Source: an uncultured Rhizobiaceae bacterium
GTDB lineage: Bacteria > Pseudomonadota > Alphaproteobacteria > UBA828
DNA length: 64,000 nt
Assembly (NCBI GenBank): GCA_964624055.1
Contig: CAZUXZ010000133.1
Location: 18,722 to 82,721 of the forward strand
Reading direction: 5' to 3'
Position numbers and translations under genes: made by a program. The notes below the pieces were generated by a model. That model worked only from the letters and a program-made list of their open reading frames with translations, was not told the DNA's origin and searched no databases. This document shows, in pieces, positions 31,694-42,799 of this stretch (positions are counted from its first letter, which is position 1; each line of letters begins with the position of its first letter).

Positions 31694-31897
31694 AGGACTG
31701 AAGTCAGTGTCTCAATTCACCCTATAGGTGACAACAGTTTCCTTAGGAAATTGATTAATTTTAGGTCCACACGGGTTTTTTTGGCCATTGCAAACCTGTG
31801 GATGGGCCAGCATATTAACGCTCCGCGGCATTCGGTTATTTTGCTGTCGTGGCCTCAGCGGATTTTTTCAATGTAACGCGATGCAGGGAGCCGGAAG

Positions 31898-32383
31898 ATG
31901 ACGATCAAAGTTGGTGACAAAGTGCCTTCGGTCAATTTTAAAAAGATAACCTCGGACGGTCTTATAGACATTTCGACCGACGATTATTTCAAGGGGCGTA
32001 AGGTGGTGTTGTTCTCGGTACCGGGGGCCTTCACGCCGACCTGCTCGGCCCAACATCTGCCAGGCTATATCGGCAATGCGGATGCGCTGAAGGCAAAAGG
32101 CGTTGCCGCCATCGCCTGTGTCTCGGTAAACGACGCTTTCGTTATGCAGGCCTGGGGCGAGTCGGCTGGTGCCGGTGATGCGGTGGAAATGCTTGCCGAC
32201 GGCAATGGTGAGTTCGCCCGTGCTACTGGCCTTACCCTCGACGGCTCCGGTTTCGGTCTCGGCGAGCGCTCCACACGATACTCCATGCTCATCGACGATG
32301 GCGCGGTTAGCACGCTCAACGTCGAAAGCAATCCTGGTGAGTTAGACGTAAGCAGCGCCGAGCACCTGTTGGGGCAGCTGTAA
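31898..32383 (+). CDS. Peroxiredoxin, Prx5-like (AhpC/TSA family)
   Basis: VVLFSVPGAFTPTCS peroxidatic-Cys motif, 161 aa. Confidence 0.85.
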   Translation: MTIKVGDKVPSVNFKKITSDGLIDISTDDYFKGRKVVLFSVPGAFTPTCSAQHLPGYIGNADALKAKGVAAIACVSVNDAFVMQAWGESAGAGDAVEMLADGNGEFARATGLTLDGSGFGLGERSTRYSMLIDDGAVSTLNVESNPGELDVSSAEHLLGQL

Positions 32384-32626
32384 AACCCCATAGTCCCCAC
32401 GTGGCTTGCTTGCCATACATTCATTGCGCCGCAGGTAATATTGGCGATCTCCGCTTTGCGGTATGTTTTCTGTATGATGTGCGCACGACCATTCGGTTAG
32501 TATAGCAATTTGAATGTCTCATCGCGATACCTCGTCATGTATAACAACTTCACGGCGGGGTCGTGACCGCTCATGTCGTGGAATATGCTAAAAGGCTAGC
32601 TCTCCGAATTCACTTTTTAGCTCGGC

Positions 32627-33088
32627 TTAGTCGTGCCGTAGCTTGCTGATGCCGTGTCGGGCAAGCGCGTCGGCGCGTTCATTTTCCGGATCGCCGTCAT
32701 GGCCCTTGACCCAATGCCAGGCGATGTTGTGGTCGTCGGTTTTCTCGTCCAAAAGACGCCAGAGATCGACATTCTTAACGGGTTTTTTGTTTTCCGTGCG
32801 CCAACTCTTGGCTTTCCAGTTCATGATCCATTTTGTGATGCCGTCCAGCACATAGCGGCTGTCTGTATAGAGGTCGACCTCACTCCGTCGCTTGAGTGCT
32901 TCTAGGGCGCGGATCGCCGCGGTGAGCTCCATGCGGTTGTTGGTGGTATCCGCCTCACCACCGAAAATCTCTTTTCTCTTGTCATTATAGAGCAACACCG
33001 CGCCCCAGCCACCTGGCCCTGGGTTGCCACTGCACGCACCATCCGTGTAGATGCGTACGCGCTTGATGTTCTTGCCGTCCACACTCAT
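32627..33088 (-). CDS. rnhA: Ribonuclease HI
   Basis: [17 protein letters not shown] motif and DEDD-type catalytic residues, 153 aa. Confidence 0.9.
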   Translation of the reverse strand: MSVDGKNIKRVRIYTDGACSGNPGPGGWGAVLLYNDKRKEIFGGEADTTNNRMELTAAIRALEALKRRSEVDLYTDSRYVLDGITKWIMNWKAKSWRTENKKPVKNVDLWRLLDEKTDDHNIAWHWVKGHDGDPENERADALARHGISKLRHD

Positions 33089-34047
33089 TCGACACCATAG
33101 GCCCCCGGCCCTTGCTGATCGCGGTGAAAGCGCAATTTCTTGATATATTCCGTCGGGTCCTTTGGCTTGACCATAGCTCCGTCCACCTGGTTGAGCCAGT
33201 CATAGAGGCGGGTAAGCAAGAAGCGGAGAGCCGAGCCGCGCGCCAAAAGCGGTAGGGCGCCCAACTCAGCATCGCTGCACGGGCGCACCTTTCGATAAGC
33301 GTTGATCATGAGGCGCGCCTTAGCAACGTTGAAGCTCAAATCCGACTCGAAGCACCAGGCATTGAGGCAGACCGCAAGATCATAGGCGAGGAAGTCGTTG
33401 CAGGCGAAATAGAAGTCGATCAGCCCAGTGAGTTTACTATCCTTAAAAAACACATTGTCTGGAAAGAGATCGGCATGGATGACGCCTTCCGGTAGATCGT
33501 TCGGCCAAAGCGCGGAAACTTGGTTTAGCTCGTGCTCCAGTTCCTTTTCCAGACCCGGGGCGAACTCGTTGGCACGCGCCTTCGTCTCTGCGAAAAGCGC
33601 TCGCCAGCCCGTTACCGAAAGTGCATTCTCGCGACGCACTGGATAGTCGAGGCCGGCGACGTGCATCTTGGCCAGGGCTTCGCCCAAAGATCCGCAATGG
33701 GCTGGTGTGGGCCTGAGCGGCCAGACGCCGGAGAGAAAGCTGGTAATCGCCGCCGGTCGCTCGCACAGCGTGCGCAGTACCTCGCCGTCGCGGCCGTGGA
33801 TCGGCGTCGGGCAGACGATACCGCGATCCGCCAAATGTTCCATCAGGCCTAGAAAAAACGGCAGATCCTTAGGTGCTACGCGCTTTTCGTAAAGGGTGAG
33901 AATGTGCGACCCTTCATCCGTTAAAAGGAAATAGTTCGAGTTTTCTACCCCCTCGGCTATGCCCTTGAATGAGATCGCCCGACCAATATCATAATCGGCG
34001 AGAAATAGTGCAAGTTCCTGAGCTGAGACGGCGGTGTAGACGGCCAT
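33085..34047 (-). CDS. thrB: Homoserine kinase, type II (ThrB, aminoglycoside-phosphotransferase fold)
   Basis: APH-like fold with an HxDxxxxN-type catalytic motif ([13 protein letters not shown]). The N-terminus [12 protein letters not shown] is typical. The track ORF is 5'-extended by 10 codons. There is a 4-nt overlap with rnhA. Confidence 0.8.
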   Translation of the reverse strand: MAVYTAVSAQELALFLADYDIGRAISFKGIAEGVENSNYFLLTDEGSHILTLYEKRVAPKDLPFFLGLMEHLADRGIVCPTPIHGRDGEVLRTLCERPAAITSFLSGVWPLRPTPAHCGSLGEALAKMHVAGLDYPVRRENALSVTGWRALFAETKARANEFAPGLEKELEHELNQVSALWPNDLPEGVIHADLFPDNVFFKDSKLTGLIDFYFACNDFLAYDLAVCLNAWCFESDLSFNVAKARLMINAYRKVRPCSDAELGALPLLARGSALRFLLTRLYDWLNQVDGAMVKPKDPTEYIKKLRFHRDQQGPGAYGVE

Positions 34048-34327
34048 GGTGGGGCATGAAAATTGTTGGCGGCGCACCGGATGGCGCGTAAGGCTTATTC
34101 TAAAGCAAAATCCGAGCAGTTGGAATCAGCTGCGATTATGCATGTACTTTAACTAAAAGAAGCCAGACCCCGTCAGGAGAGCGTATGCGCATTTGAAAGG
34201 CTCTAGAACACTCTGGCGGCCAGGCAAGTTGGTTTAAAGGATCCCAATCACCCCCCTACTTGTCCGGGGCCAGGACGATGGCTACATTCGTCGTCGTGGT
34301 GTTTCATGGCATAGGAATTTAGCAACA

Positions 34328-34567
34328 ATGAGCGAAGCAAATATAGCGCAAAAAACTCCTTACGAGACGGAACTCGAAGTGGGTAGAAAATATGCTTGGT
34401 GCTGCTGCGGACTGAGCGCAAAACAACCCTTTTGCGACGGTTCCCATACCTCGACTGACCTTAAGCCGATGATATTTACCGCTGAGAAGTCTGGTACCCA
34501 TTGGCTGTGCGGTTGCAAGCAAACCGCTGGCCAGCCTTTTTGCGACGGTACCCACGGAAGGCTCTAG
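34328..34567 (+). CDS. CDGSH iron-sulfur domain protein (two CDGSH-type motifs)
   Basis: 79 aa with two C-x-C-x(5-10)-CDGSH/CDGTH motifs (CCCGLSAKQPFCDGSH and CGCKQTAGQPFCDGTH). Confidence 0.75.
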   Translation: MSEANIAQKTPYETELEVGRKYAWCCCGLSAKQPFCDGSHTSTDLKPMIFTAEKSGTHWLCGCKQTAGQPFCDGTHGRL

Positions 34568-34569
34568 AC

Positions 34570-35142
34570 TTGGTTCTATCGGAAACAATCAGGGGAAATT
34601 CTGCTGCGCGCTGGGGCATTCGACTCCTTGCCTCCGTTGCGCTCTCCCTGGCGCTCGTGTCTTGCGGCTTGTTCGCCGATCCGTCGCCACCCTGCCCTTT
34701 GGTATCCATCATGGATCAGGCTAAGCAGGTGACGCTCTACCGCCCGGGACCTGGGCGCGATTTGACCGATGTCACCTATCAGGTGGAAATCCGCGATCTA
34801 GCTTATGAATGCGATTACGATTTTGACGACATTGGCAATCGGGTGACGGTCGGATTCAATATTCTTTTCGTCGCCAAGCGCGGACCTGCAGCCGAGCAAG
34901 ACCAAATCGAAATTCCTTATTTCGTCGCCGTGGCGGATCCGGACAAAAATGTCCTCACCAAGAAGCAGTTTTTCGTAACCCTCGAATTCGAAGGCAATGC
35001 GGTGCGTGCGCAAAAAGTCGAAGAACTGGTACAAATTATACCGTACCCAAGGGACGATGATGGCTCTGATTATAAGAGCTTTATCGGCGTCCAGCTCACC
35101 TCCGGGCAACTCGAAGATATACGTCGCGCGAGTGGCAGCTGA
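34570..35142 (+). CDS. Hypothetical lipoprotein
   Basis: Lipobox LALVSCG after a hydrophobic leader. The track ORF 34501..35142 overlaps the CDGSH gene. A TTG start at 34570 just after the CDGSH stop is more plausible. No known domain was recognised. Confidence 0.5.
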   Translation: MVLSETIRGNSAARWGIRLLASVALSLALVSCGLFADPSPPCPLVSIMDQAKQVTLYRPGPGRDLTDVTYQVEIRDLAYECDYDFDDIGNRVTVGFNILFVAKRGPAAEQDQIEIPYFVAVADPDKNVLTKKQFFVTLEFEGNAVRAQKVEELVQIIPYPRDDDGSDYKSFIGVQLTSGQLEDIRRASGS

Positions 35143-35194
35143 TGCGGTTGACCGGGGCGCCACAGGCGTTACACTCGCGTTCGTCCGGTCGACA

Positions 35195-35420
35195 CTGTTG
35201 AACCTTGCGGTAGAAATTCGCCGACCCAGCCGCCGGCGGACGCCGAAGGAGCAAAGGTCCTAAAAACTCTCAGGCACAAGGGACCGTAGGGGAATGTGAC
35301 TCTGGAAAGTAGGCAGGTGCAGATTGTTTGGCGCCCAGCCTCACCGAAGGGTAAAGCCGCCAGCGCCTGAGCGCGTCCGGGTTGGTCAAGCTTTCAGGTG
35401 CGGAGACAGAGGGGGCGCCG
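35195..35420 (+). promoter_or_regulatory. Tandem glycine riboswitch (two aptamers) in the gcvT leader
   Basis: Aptamer 1 has ...GGACGCCGAAGGAGCAAAGGTCC...CTCTCAGGCACAAGGGACCG. Aptamer 2 has CTCTGGAAAG...CACCGAAGGGTAAAG...CTTTCAGGTGCGGAGACAGAGG. Both match conserved glycine-aptamer cores (CTCTGGAGAG / ACCGAAGGGGCAA / CTCAGGCAAAAGGACAG). The element ends about 50 nt before the gcvT start. Confidence 0.8.
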
Positions 35421-35468
35421 GGAGATCCTAATTCAGGATCGATGGCGTGTTTGTTTTCGTAGCTGGAG

Positions 35469-36593
35469 TTGGCGATGAGCGGAGAGGACTGGGAGCAGAC
35501 GGTCGAGACTACCCCACTGCATGACTGCCATGTTGCCGCCAGTGCCAAGATGGTGCCCTTCGCGGGCTGCGCTATGCCACTCAACTATACCGCGGGCATA
35601 ATTGCCGAGCATCTCCACACTCGGGAAAAGGCGTCGCTGTTCGATGTCAGCCATATGGGCCAAATCAGCATCTGGGGCGATGGTGCGACCTACGCGCTCG
35701 AATCGCTGGTGCCCGGCGACATTATTGATCTGAAGACCTGGCATTCGCGCTACACCCAGTTCACTACTGACAATGGCGGTATCAAAGACGATCTCATCGT
35801 TACCAATGCCGGCGGCCGCCTAATGTTAGTAGTCAATGCGGACCGCAAGCATGCTGATCTTGACCATTTGGAAATCGCCTTTCGTGGCTCACTTGATGTA
35901 GCGCTGCATGACGACAAAGCACTCATCGCGCTGCAAGGACCGCATGCCGTCAGGGCCCTAGCTCGCCACGCTCCAGCGGTGGCGGAGCTCGATTTTATGA
36001 GCGCCGGCACTATGTCGATCGCCGGAATCGATGCCACGGTGTCGCGCTCTGGCTATACCGGTGAGGACGGTTTCGAGATATCCGTCTATGCCGAATCGGC
36101 ACACCACATTTGGAACATGCTGGCGGCGGATCCGGAAATCGAGCCGGCTGGCCTGGGTGCGCGCGATTCGCTCCGCCTTGAAGCCGGTCTCTGCCTCTAC
36201 GGCCATGACATCGACGAAACTACCTCACCGGTGGAAGCTGGTCTCGCCTGGTCAATCGGCAAGCGCCGTCGCGCCGAGGGCGGTTTTCCCGGTGCAGAGA
36301 AAATCCTGGGAGAAATTGCCGATGGCCCGAAGCGTCGGCGGGTTGGCGTTTTGCCGGAGGGCCGCGCGCCGGCGCGGGAAGGTGCGGAAATCCTGGATGC
36401 CGACGGCAAGACGATCGGCAAGATCACCAGCGGCGGATTCGGGCCAAGCGTTGGCGGCCCGTTGGCGATGGGCTATGTAGAATCAACATCGGCTGAGATT
36501 GGCACTAACGTCGGCTTGGTAGTGCGCGGCAAGACCATTTCGGCTCAAACCGTTAAATTGCCGTTTGTCGCGCACAGCTATCACGGCGGCTAA
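35469..36593 (+). CDS. gcvT: Glycine cleavage system aminomethyltransferase T
   Basis: 374 aa with GcvT folate-binding domain motifs. It is first in the gcvTHP operon. Confidence 0.9.
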   Translation: MAMSGEDWEQTVETTPLHDCHVAASAKMVPFAGCAMPLNYTAGIIAEHLHTREKASLFDVSHMGQISIWGDGATYALESLVPGDIIDLKTWHSRYTQFTTDNGGIKDDLIVTNAGGRLMLVVNADRKHADLDHLEIAFRGSLDVALHDDKALIALQGPHAVRALARHAPAVAELDFMSAGTMSIAGIDATVSRSGYTGEDGFEISVYAESAHHIWNMLAADPEIEPAGLGARDSLRLEAGLCLYGHDIDETTSPVEAGLAWSIGKRRRAEGGFPGAEKILGEIADGPKRRRVGVLPEGRAPAREGAEILDADGKTIGKITSGGFGPSVGGPLAMGYVESTSAEIGTNVGLVVRGKTISAQTVKLPFVAHSYHGG

Positions 36594-36610
36594 AGAAAAA
36601 TTGGGGAGGG

Positions 36611-36991
36611 ATGATGAGCGATCTCAAATTTAGCAAGGATCATGAGTGGCTGCGTGTTGAGGGCGACAGAGCGACGGTCGGCATTTCTGATTACGCTCAG
36701 GAGCAGCTCGGCGATGTCGTATATGTCGAGCTGCCGGAGGTCGGCCAGCAGATCGCGGTTGGGGCCCAGGCCGCAGTGGTCGAATCGGTTAAGGCTGCGA
36801 GTGAGGTCTATGCCCCCGCTGGAGGCGAGGTGACCGATGTCAACATCGCGCTTGAGAACGCTCCGGCGCTGGTCAACAGTGATGCCATGGGTGAGGGCTG
36901 GTTCTTCAAACTCAAGCTCTCCGATGCGGTGGATCTAGAGGGGCTGATGGACGAAGCTGCCTATAGCGAGTTTGCGGCCGGATTAGAATAG
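36611..36991 (+). CDS. gcvH: Glycine cleavage system H protein
   Basis: 126 aa, lipoyl-lysine motif (ESVKAAS). Confidence 0.9.
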   Translation: MMSDLKFSKDHEWLRVEGDRATVGISDYAQEQLGDVVYVELPEVGQQIAVGAQAAVVESVKAASEVYAPAGGEVTDVNIALENAPALVNSDAMGEGWFFKLKLSDAVDLEGLMDEAAYSEFAAGLE

Positions 36992-37023
36992 GCGGCGCGG
37001 CAGAAAAAGCGAGAGGACGAGGT

Positions 37024-39909
37024 ATGACAGGGGAAAAACTCGATTTGGCTGCGTTGCAGGCCGAGGACGCATTCATTCATCGCCATATTGGGCCTAGCGA
37101 ATCTGATATCGCCGGGATGCTCAAATTTCTTGGGCTCGACAGTTTGGAGGCGCTGATCAACGAATCGGTGCCGGATGCGATCCGCGCGGAATTTCCCGAT
37201 ACGATCCCAAGAGCCCGCTCTGAGCAGAATGTTTTGTCGGAGCTTGCCGCCATGGCGGCGCGCAACGAAATCGCCACTTCGATGATCGGCATGGGCTATT
37301 ACGATACCCACACTCCGCCGGTGATCTTACGCAATCTTCTCGAGAATCCCGGCTGGTATACTGCCTATACCCCCTATCAGCCAGAAATCAGCCAGGGCCG
37401 GCTTGAAGCACTCCTTGTGTTCCAGACCATGGTGATGGACCTGACTGGCATGGAATGCGCCAACGCCTCGCTTTTGGATGAGGCGACCGCTGCCGCTGAG
37501 GCGGTCCATATGAGCCATGGCTCGACGAAGATTCTGGGCGACCGTTATTTCGTTTCTGAGGAATGCCATCCCCAGACCATCGCCGTCCTGAAGACCCGCG
37601 CCAAGCCCATTGGCATTGACATTGTGATTGGCGATCACCGCAAGGCGCTGGAGAATGGAGATTATTTCGGCGCAATGCTGCAATATCCAGCGACTGGCGG
37701 CGGTATTGAGGACTACCGTAGCTTTATCGACGCGGCGCATGACAAGGGCATGCTTGTCACAGTCGCTGCCGATCTCCTCGCCCTGGTTTGCCTCACTCCG
37801 CCGGGCGAGTTCGGCGCAGATATTGTTGTCGGCAGCGCCCAACGCTTCGGCGTGCCGATGGGTTTTGGCGGGCCGCATGCTGCCTTTTTCGCCACTCATG
37901 AGAAATATCGCCGCGCCATGCCCGGGCGTATCGTCGGCGTCTCAGTCGACAAGGCCGGGCAGCCGGCGCTTCGTCTCGCGTTGCAGACCCGCGAGCAGCA
38001 TATCCGCCGCGAGAAAGCGACCAGCAATATCTGCACGGCGCAGGTTCTGCTCGCTGTGATCGCCGCGATGTATGCGGTCTATCACGGGCCGGACGGGCTT
38101 AAAATCATTGCTAGGCGCGTCCATCGCCTAACCTCAATCCTCGCCGCTGGTCTCGTCCGCCTTGGCGTGACCGTTGCCACTGAGAGCTGGTTCGACACCC
38201 TCACCGTCGAACTATCTGGCGGTGCCGACGCGGCGCATGCCCGCGCTGCTAAAGCAGGCATCAATCTTCGTCTTGTGGACGGCGAACGTCTCGGTATCTC
38301 GCTCGATGAAACTACCCTAATTGAAGACATAGACCGGCTGTTCGAAATATTTTCACCGGGCGGCGCACCTGGCATCAAAGCGACTGATCTTGACGACGAG
38401 GTGGCGGAAGGGATCCCAGCCGATTTGCGCCGGCAATCACCAATTTTGACTCACGCTCTGTTCAACACCCAGCGATCCGAGACCGAGATGCTGCGATATA
38501 TGCACCGTCTTGAGCTCAAGGATATCAATCTCAATCACTCGATGATCCCGCTCGGCTCCTGCACCATGAAACTCAACGCCACTGCAGAAATGATTCCGGT
38601 GACCCTGCCCGGCTTCGGCCGCATGCATCCCTTCGCGCCGACTGATCAGGTGGCGGGTTACAAGGAACTAATCAAGGGCCTCGAGCGCATGTTGTGCGAG
38701 GTGACCGGCTTCGCCGCCATCTCGTTGCAGCCCAATGCGGGCAGCCAGGGCGAATATGCAGGTCTGTTGGCGATTCGCGACTATCATCAAGCGAACGGTG
38801 ATGGCGCGCGCGATATTTGCCTGATTCCGAGCTCGGCCCATGGCACCAATCCGGCGAGCGCGGTGATGGCCGGGCTCAATGTGGTGGTGGTCGCCTGCGA
38901 TTCAAGTGGCAATGTCGATGTCGCCGATCTAAAAGCCAAGGTATTGGAGCATGGCGAGCGTCTTTCCGCCCTTATGGTGACCTATCCCTCGACTCATGGC
39001 GTGTTCGAGACGGCGATTGTCGAAATCTGTGAGATCGTCCACCGGGCGGGCGGCCAAGTCTATCTCGACGGCGCAAATCTTAACGCGCTCCTCGGCCTCA
39101 GTCTACCTGGCGAGTTTGGTCCTGACGTTGCGCATATGAATTTGCATAAGACTTTCTGCATACCCCATGGTGGCGGCGGCCCCGGGGTTGGGCCCATCGG
39201 CGTGCGTGCCCATCTTGCGCCCCATCTACCTGGCCATCCACTGGTGGCGGGGGAGGGGCCCGGTCCGGTCTCGGCGGCACCCTTCGGCTCTGCCGGTATC
39301 CTGCCGATCTCCTGGGCCTATATCGCTATGATGGGAAGGGCCGGGCTGATCAAAGCAACACAAACCGCGATCCTCAGCGCCAATTATATCGCCGAAAAGC
39401 TGGCGCCCTATTATCCCGTGCTCTATCGCGGCGAAAAGGGCCGGGTGGCTCATGAATGCATCATTGATCTCCGCCCGCTGAAGGAAACCTCCGGCGTTAC
39501 CGTCGACGATGTCGCCAAGCGGCTGATGGACTATGGCTTCCACGCGCCCACTATGTCCTTCCCCGTTGCTGGCACTTTGATGATAGAGCCGACGGAAAGC
39601 GAGCCTTTAGCAGAGCTCGACCGTTTCATCGAGGCGATGATCTCAATTTGTGGCGAGATTAAGCGCGTCGAGGATGGACGTTGGAGCGCGGAGGACAATC
39701 CTCTTGTCGGTGCACCGCATACCCTTGATGAAGTGGCCGCCGACATTTGGTCGCATGCTTATAGCCGCGAGGAGGCTGCCTTTCCGGTCGATTCCCTGCG
39801 CGCAGCAAAATATTGGCCGCCGGTCGCGCGCATAAACCAAGTTTATGGAGACCGCAATCTGATTTGCGCCTGCCCGCCGCTCGAGGCATACCAGAACGCG
39901 GCTGAATAG
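37024..39909 (+). CDS. gcvP: Glycine dehydrogenase (decarboxylating), single-chain P protein
   Basis: 961 aa, the two GDC-P halves fused. It follows gcvH. Confidence 0.95.
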   Translation: MTGEKLDLAALQAEDAFIHRHIGPSESDIAGMLKFLGLDSLEALINESVPDAIRAEFPDTIPRARSEQNVLSELAAMAARNEIATSMIGMGYYDTHTPPVILRNLLENPGWYTAYTPYQPEISQGRLEALLVFQTMVMDLTGMECANASLLDEATAAAEAVHMSHGSTKILGDRYFVSEECHPQTIAVLKTRAKPIGIDIVIGDHRKALENGDYFGAMLQYPATGGGIEDYRSFIDAAHDKGMLVTVAADLLALVCLTPPGEFGADIVVGSAQRFGVPMGFGGPHAAFFATHEKYRRAMPGRIVGVSVDKAGQPALRLALQTREQHIRREKATSNICTAQVLLAVIAAMYAVYHGPDGLKIIARRVHRLTSILAAGLVRLGVTVATESWFDTLTVELSGGADAAHARAAKAGINLRLVDGERLGISLDETTLIEDIDRLFEIFSPGGAPGIKATDLDDEVAEGIPADLRRQSPILTHALFNTQRSETEMLRYMHRLELKDINLNHSMIPLGSCTMKLNATAEMIPVTLPGFGRMHPFAPTDQVAGYKELIKGLERMLCEVTGFAAISLQPNAGSQGEYAGLLAIRDYHQANGDGARDICLIPSSAHGTNPASAVMAGLNVVVVACDSSGNVDVADLKAKVLEHGERLSALMVTYPSTHGVFETAIVEICEIVHRAGGQVYLDGANLNALLGLSLPGEFGPDVAHMNLHKTFCIPHGGGGPGVGPIGVRAHLAPHLPGHPLVAGEGPGPVSAAPFGSAGILPISWAYIAMMGRAGLIKATQTAILSANYIAEKLAPYYPVLYRGEKGRVAHECIIDLRPLKETSGVTVDDVAKRLMDYGFHAPTMSFPVAGTLMIEPTESEPLAELDRFIEAMISICGEIKRVEDGRWSAEDNPLVGAPHTLDEVAADIWSHAYSREEAAFPVDSLRAAKYWPPVARINQVYGDRNLICACPPLEAYQNAAE

Positions 39910-39965
39910 ATTCTTAAGTGTGCCGAGACTTCGATTGTCGGGGAAGTTAAAGAAAGAGAGCCGAA

Positions 39966-40272
39966 ATGAGCGAGAAAATATCGGTGATAGCCTATCTACA
40001 TGCCAAGCCGGGAAAGGAACAACAGCTCATCGATACGTTGATGTCCCTCGTCGGGCCCACTCGGTTAGAAGCGGGCTGTATCGACCATCATCTCGATGTC
40101 AGATGAGGACCCGAGCCGCTTTATGTTGTAGGAGATCTGGGCCTCAAAGAAGGACCTCGACGATCATCTTGCCAAGCCACATCTCGTACCGCTTTTGAGT
40201 CGCACCGACGAGCTACCTGATGACGAGGTCGGGATTGAGCTCTTTACCATGATTAGCAAGGCAACGGAATAA
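39966..40272 (+). pseudogene. Antibiotic-biosynthesis-monooxygenase (ABM) domain gene, disrupted by a frameshift and an in-frame TAG
   Basis: Frame 1 gives MSEKISVIAYLHAKPGKEQQLIDTLMSLVGPTRLEAGCIDHHLDVR then a stop. After a 1-nt shift the reading continues SDEDPSRFML(TAG)EIWASKKDLDDHLAKPHLVPLL...MISKATE. This matches the ABM consensus (...GC..YDLHQDPEDP.RF.LYE.W...AH..S.H). The TAG sits where a conserved Tyr is expected. Confidence 0.6.
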
Positions 40273-40273
40273 G

Positions 40274-40468
40274 ATGGCCGGTGCCGATTTCGATGATGCA
40301 TTTACGATGAATTTCGGCAATAGCAAACCTGCCATCGTCGAGGAGAACTATACGAACCCCAACTTCGATTTAAGCCAGACGATCCCGGCGCCAGGGATCT
40401 GTATTTCTGGGATTTGGGCCTGGTGGTTTCTCGGGATCTCACTTCTAGGAGCAAATCGTCGTCACTGA
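40274..40468 (+). CDS. Small hypothetical ORF (possible gene remnant)
   Basis: 64-aa ORF in a locally low-GC patch immediately after the ABM pseudogene. No recognisable family. Confidence 0.2.
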   Translation: MAGADFDDAFTMNFGNSKPAIVEENYTNPNFDLSQTIPAPGICISGIWAWWFLGISLLGANRRH

Positions 40469-40612
40469 AAAGGACTGACGCGTCATTAAGTTCTTCCCGT
40501 CGGAGGAGTTCCAGGTGGTGAAAGCCTAGCAATTCCGGCCACGAAGACGGGGCAAAAAACTTCGTGGGACTGATTTGGTGGAGTTTTGCTACGAATGTTT
40601 TAGTCTGCAGAG

Positions 40613-41179
40613 TTAATGAAGTTTTTCGCCGACCTCGCGGATTGCCTTTTCGATCATCGCATCAGAACGGGTCTCGTCAAGATTTTCACGAATCAGCTCG
40701 GTGGTTGCCTGGACGGCTAGGTCGGCGGCCATCTCGCGTACTTCCCTGAGCGCGTCAGCTTCGGCTTGCTGGATGCGCTGCACGGCGGCTTCCTCGCGTC
40801 GTCGCATGGTTTCTTCTAGGGCGCGTCTGGCCTCCTTGGCATGGCGCTCGGCATCAATCTGGGCGGACTCAACCATTTTTATCGCCTCTTCCTCTGCCTC
40901 GCGCTTCTTGCGCTCATAATCGGCGAGAACGCTCTGCGCCTCTTCGCGCAGACGCTGGGCTTCGTCGAGCTCGGCCTGGATCCTGTCCCGCCGGCCGTCC
41001 AGCGTGGTTTTGATCGCGCCCCATGCCTTGCGGCCGAACACACCAAAGAAGGTGAGGAAGGCAATCAGGATCCAGAAATTGGCGTTCTGGGTGATCGAAG
41101 AGCCGGCGATTACGAACGCGAAGGCCGCGACGAGCAGCCAGTTCTCCGGCACCTTGGCCCAGCGTTGTAGCTTGCCCAT
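40613..41179 (-). CDS. atpF: F0F1 ATP synthase subunit b
   Basis: N-terminal TM helix followed by a long charged coiled coil (EAQRLREEAQ...), 188 aa. It is last in the F0 operon. Confidence 0.85.
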   Translation of the reverse strand: MGKLQRWAKVPENWLLVAAFAFVIAGSSITQNANFWILIAFLTFFGVFGRKAWGAIKTTLDGRRDRIQAELDEAQRLREEAQSVLADYERKKREAEEEAIKMVESAQIDAERHAKEARRALEETMRRREEAAVQRIQQAEADALREVREMAADLAVQATTELIRENLDETRSDAMIEKAIREVGEKLH

Positions 41180-41183
41180 GGCT

Positions 41184-41663
41184 TTAGCCCTTCTTGTCGA
41201 CTGCGGCGTCAGCGGATGCCTTAGTCGGCTCCACGCCGATCAGCCGGTTCGTCGCGGCACGTGCCGCTTCGACCGCCACCTCGCGCACGCTAGAGAGAGC
41301 CTGCTGGCGCGCCTCGCGGATGCGGACCTCCGCTTCGGTTTGCTTTTGCGTCAGTTCGGCGTCGAGCCGGGCGCGCTGTTCGTTCGCCTGCTCGTCCAGC
41401 TTGGCCTGGGTTTCCAGCAACAATTGATGTGATTTGGAACGCGCCTCGGAGAGCGAAGCCTCATAGGATTTGATCGCTTCTTCCGATTCCCTTTTGAATT
41501 TCTCCGCCTCCGCAAGATCGTCTTCGATATGCTTGCGGCGCTGTTCCAACACGCGGCCAATGCGCGGCAACGCGATCGTCCACATCAAAATCAGCAGAAC
41601 GGCGAAGGTGATAACAAGCCAAAAGACCTGCGTTCCGTAGGTGAGACCGTCAAGCTGTGGCAT
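41184..41663 (-). CDS. atpF: F0F1 ATP synthase subunit b' (alphaproteobacterial second b-type subunit)
   Basis: Same architecture as subunit b (one TM plus a charged helix), 159 aa. It sits between atpE and atpF. Confidence 0.8.
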   Translation of the reverse strand: MPQLDGLTYGTQVFWLVITFAVLLILMWTIALPRIGRVLEQRRKHIEDDLAEAEKFKRESEEAIKSYEASLSEARSKSHQLLLETQAKLDEQANEQRARLDAELTQKQTEAEVRIREARQQALSSVREVAVEAARAATNRLIGVEPTKASADAAVDKKG

Positions 41664-41726
41664 GGTTGCTCTCCGAGCGATTCGCCAAGCGGGTGGCGTG
41701 AATTGACGCCGCTGGCAATCGCACCC

Positions 41727-41966
41727 TCAGCTGCCAAACAGGATGATGAAAGCCATGACGAGCGCGAACAGCGCGATGGCCTCGGTGAGCGCAAAGCCTA
41801 GCAGTACGTTGCCAAACAGCTTCGGCGCTGCAGCTGGATTACGGCCCGCGGCGGAGACATAATTACCAAAGATTATTCCGATGCCCACGCCGGAGCCTGC
41901 CACACCGATTGTGGCCAATCCACCACCGATGAGTTGTCCGAGAAGTTTTGCTGATTCAGCGTCCAT
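41727..41966 (-). CDS. atpE: F0F1 ATP synthase subunit c
   Basis: The 79-aa proteolipid [77 protein letters not shown]. The track ORF is 5'-extended to 42299 and overlaps atpB. The internal Met is the real start. Confidence 0.9.
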   Translation of the reverse strand: MDAESAKLLGQLIGGGLATIGVAGSGVGIGIIFGNYVSAAGRNPAAAPKLFGNVLLGFALTEAIALFALVMAFIILFGS

Positions 41967-42019
41967 GATTTCGTTCCCTTGCTTGTGTTTCGTAGAAATT
42001 GGGTGTGATTTTGTCGAAT

Positions 42020-42784
42020 CTATTCGTGATGCAGATAGATCGCGTCGCGTATGTAGAGACAAGTCAGAATTGCAAACACGTAGGCCTGCAGCACAGCGAC
42101 GAGCAGCTCCAGTCCGTAAAGCGCGATGATAAAGGCGAAAGGCAAAAAGCCGAAAAATCCAAGCGCGAAAACGAAGCCACCAAAGACGTGCAAGATACTG
42201 TGTCCCGCCATCATATTTGCAAACAGCCGAACCGCTAGGCTGATTGGACGCGCGATGTAGGAGACGATCTCGATTGGCACCAGAAGCGGTGCCATCCACA
42301 TCGGCACCCCTGGTGGCAGGAAGAAGCCGAGAAATTTATGCTTGTGGATGATGATTGCTAGGATTGTCACGCCAACGAAGATCACCAGCGCAAAGGTGAT
42401 GGTGACGATGATATGGCTGGTGAAAGTGAAGCTGAAGGGGATTAGGCCTAAGAGATTACCCAGCAGTAAGAAAGTAAAAAGGCTGAAGACGAAGGGAAAA
42501 AAACGCTTTGCTGCGCGTCCGCCTACGACGTCGCCGAGCATGTTGGCAACAAGCTCATAGAGCATTTCGACGACCGATTGAAGGCGCCCTGGGACGATCC
42601 GTCCGCGTCCCATGCCGAGCGTGGTTAGCAGGAAGATGACAACGACTGCTGCCACCATCAAAAGAGATGAATTGGTGAAGGATGCGTCGAAGCCGCCAAG
42701 ATCAATCTCGACGAAACGCTTGATCGTGAATTGATCAAGCGGTCCGTGATGTTCTCCGCTACCGCCGTTGCCTGCCGATGCCAA
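42020..42784 (-). CDS. atpB: F0F1 ATP synthase subunit a
   Basis: 254 aa polytopic membrane protein with the conserved Arg region ([13 protein letters not shown]). Confidence 0.9.
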   Translation of the reverse strand: MASAGNGGSGEHHGPLDQFTIKRFVEIDLGGFDASFTNSSLLMVAAVVVIFLLTTLGMGRGRIVPGRLQSVVEMLYELVANMLGDVVGGRAAKRFFPFVFSLFTFLLLGNLLGLIPFSFTFTSHIIVTITFALVIFVGVTILAIIIHKHKFLGFFLPPGVPMWMAPLLVPIEIVSYIARPISLAVRLFANMMAGHSILHVFGGFVFALGFFGFLPFAFIIALYGLELLVAVLQAYVFAILTCLYIRDAIYLHHE

Positions 42785-42799
42785 GGGTTTGCCGCTCCT

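Noticed and set aside
39920-40198. 92-aa ORF in the third frame across the ABM region
   Set aside because: It is an Arg/Ser-rich nonsense translation. The other two frames jointly encode a recognisable ABM domain, so this frame is spurious.
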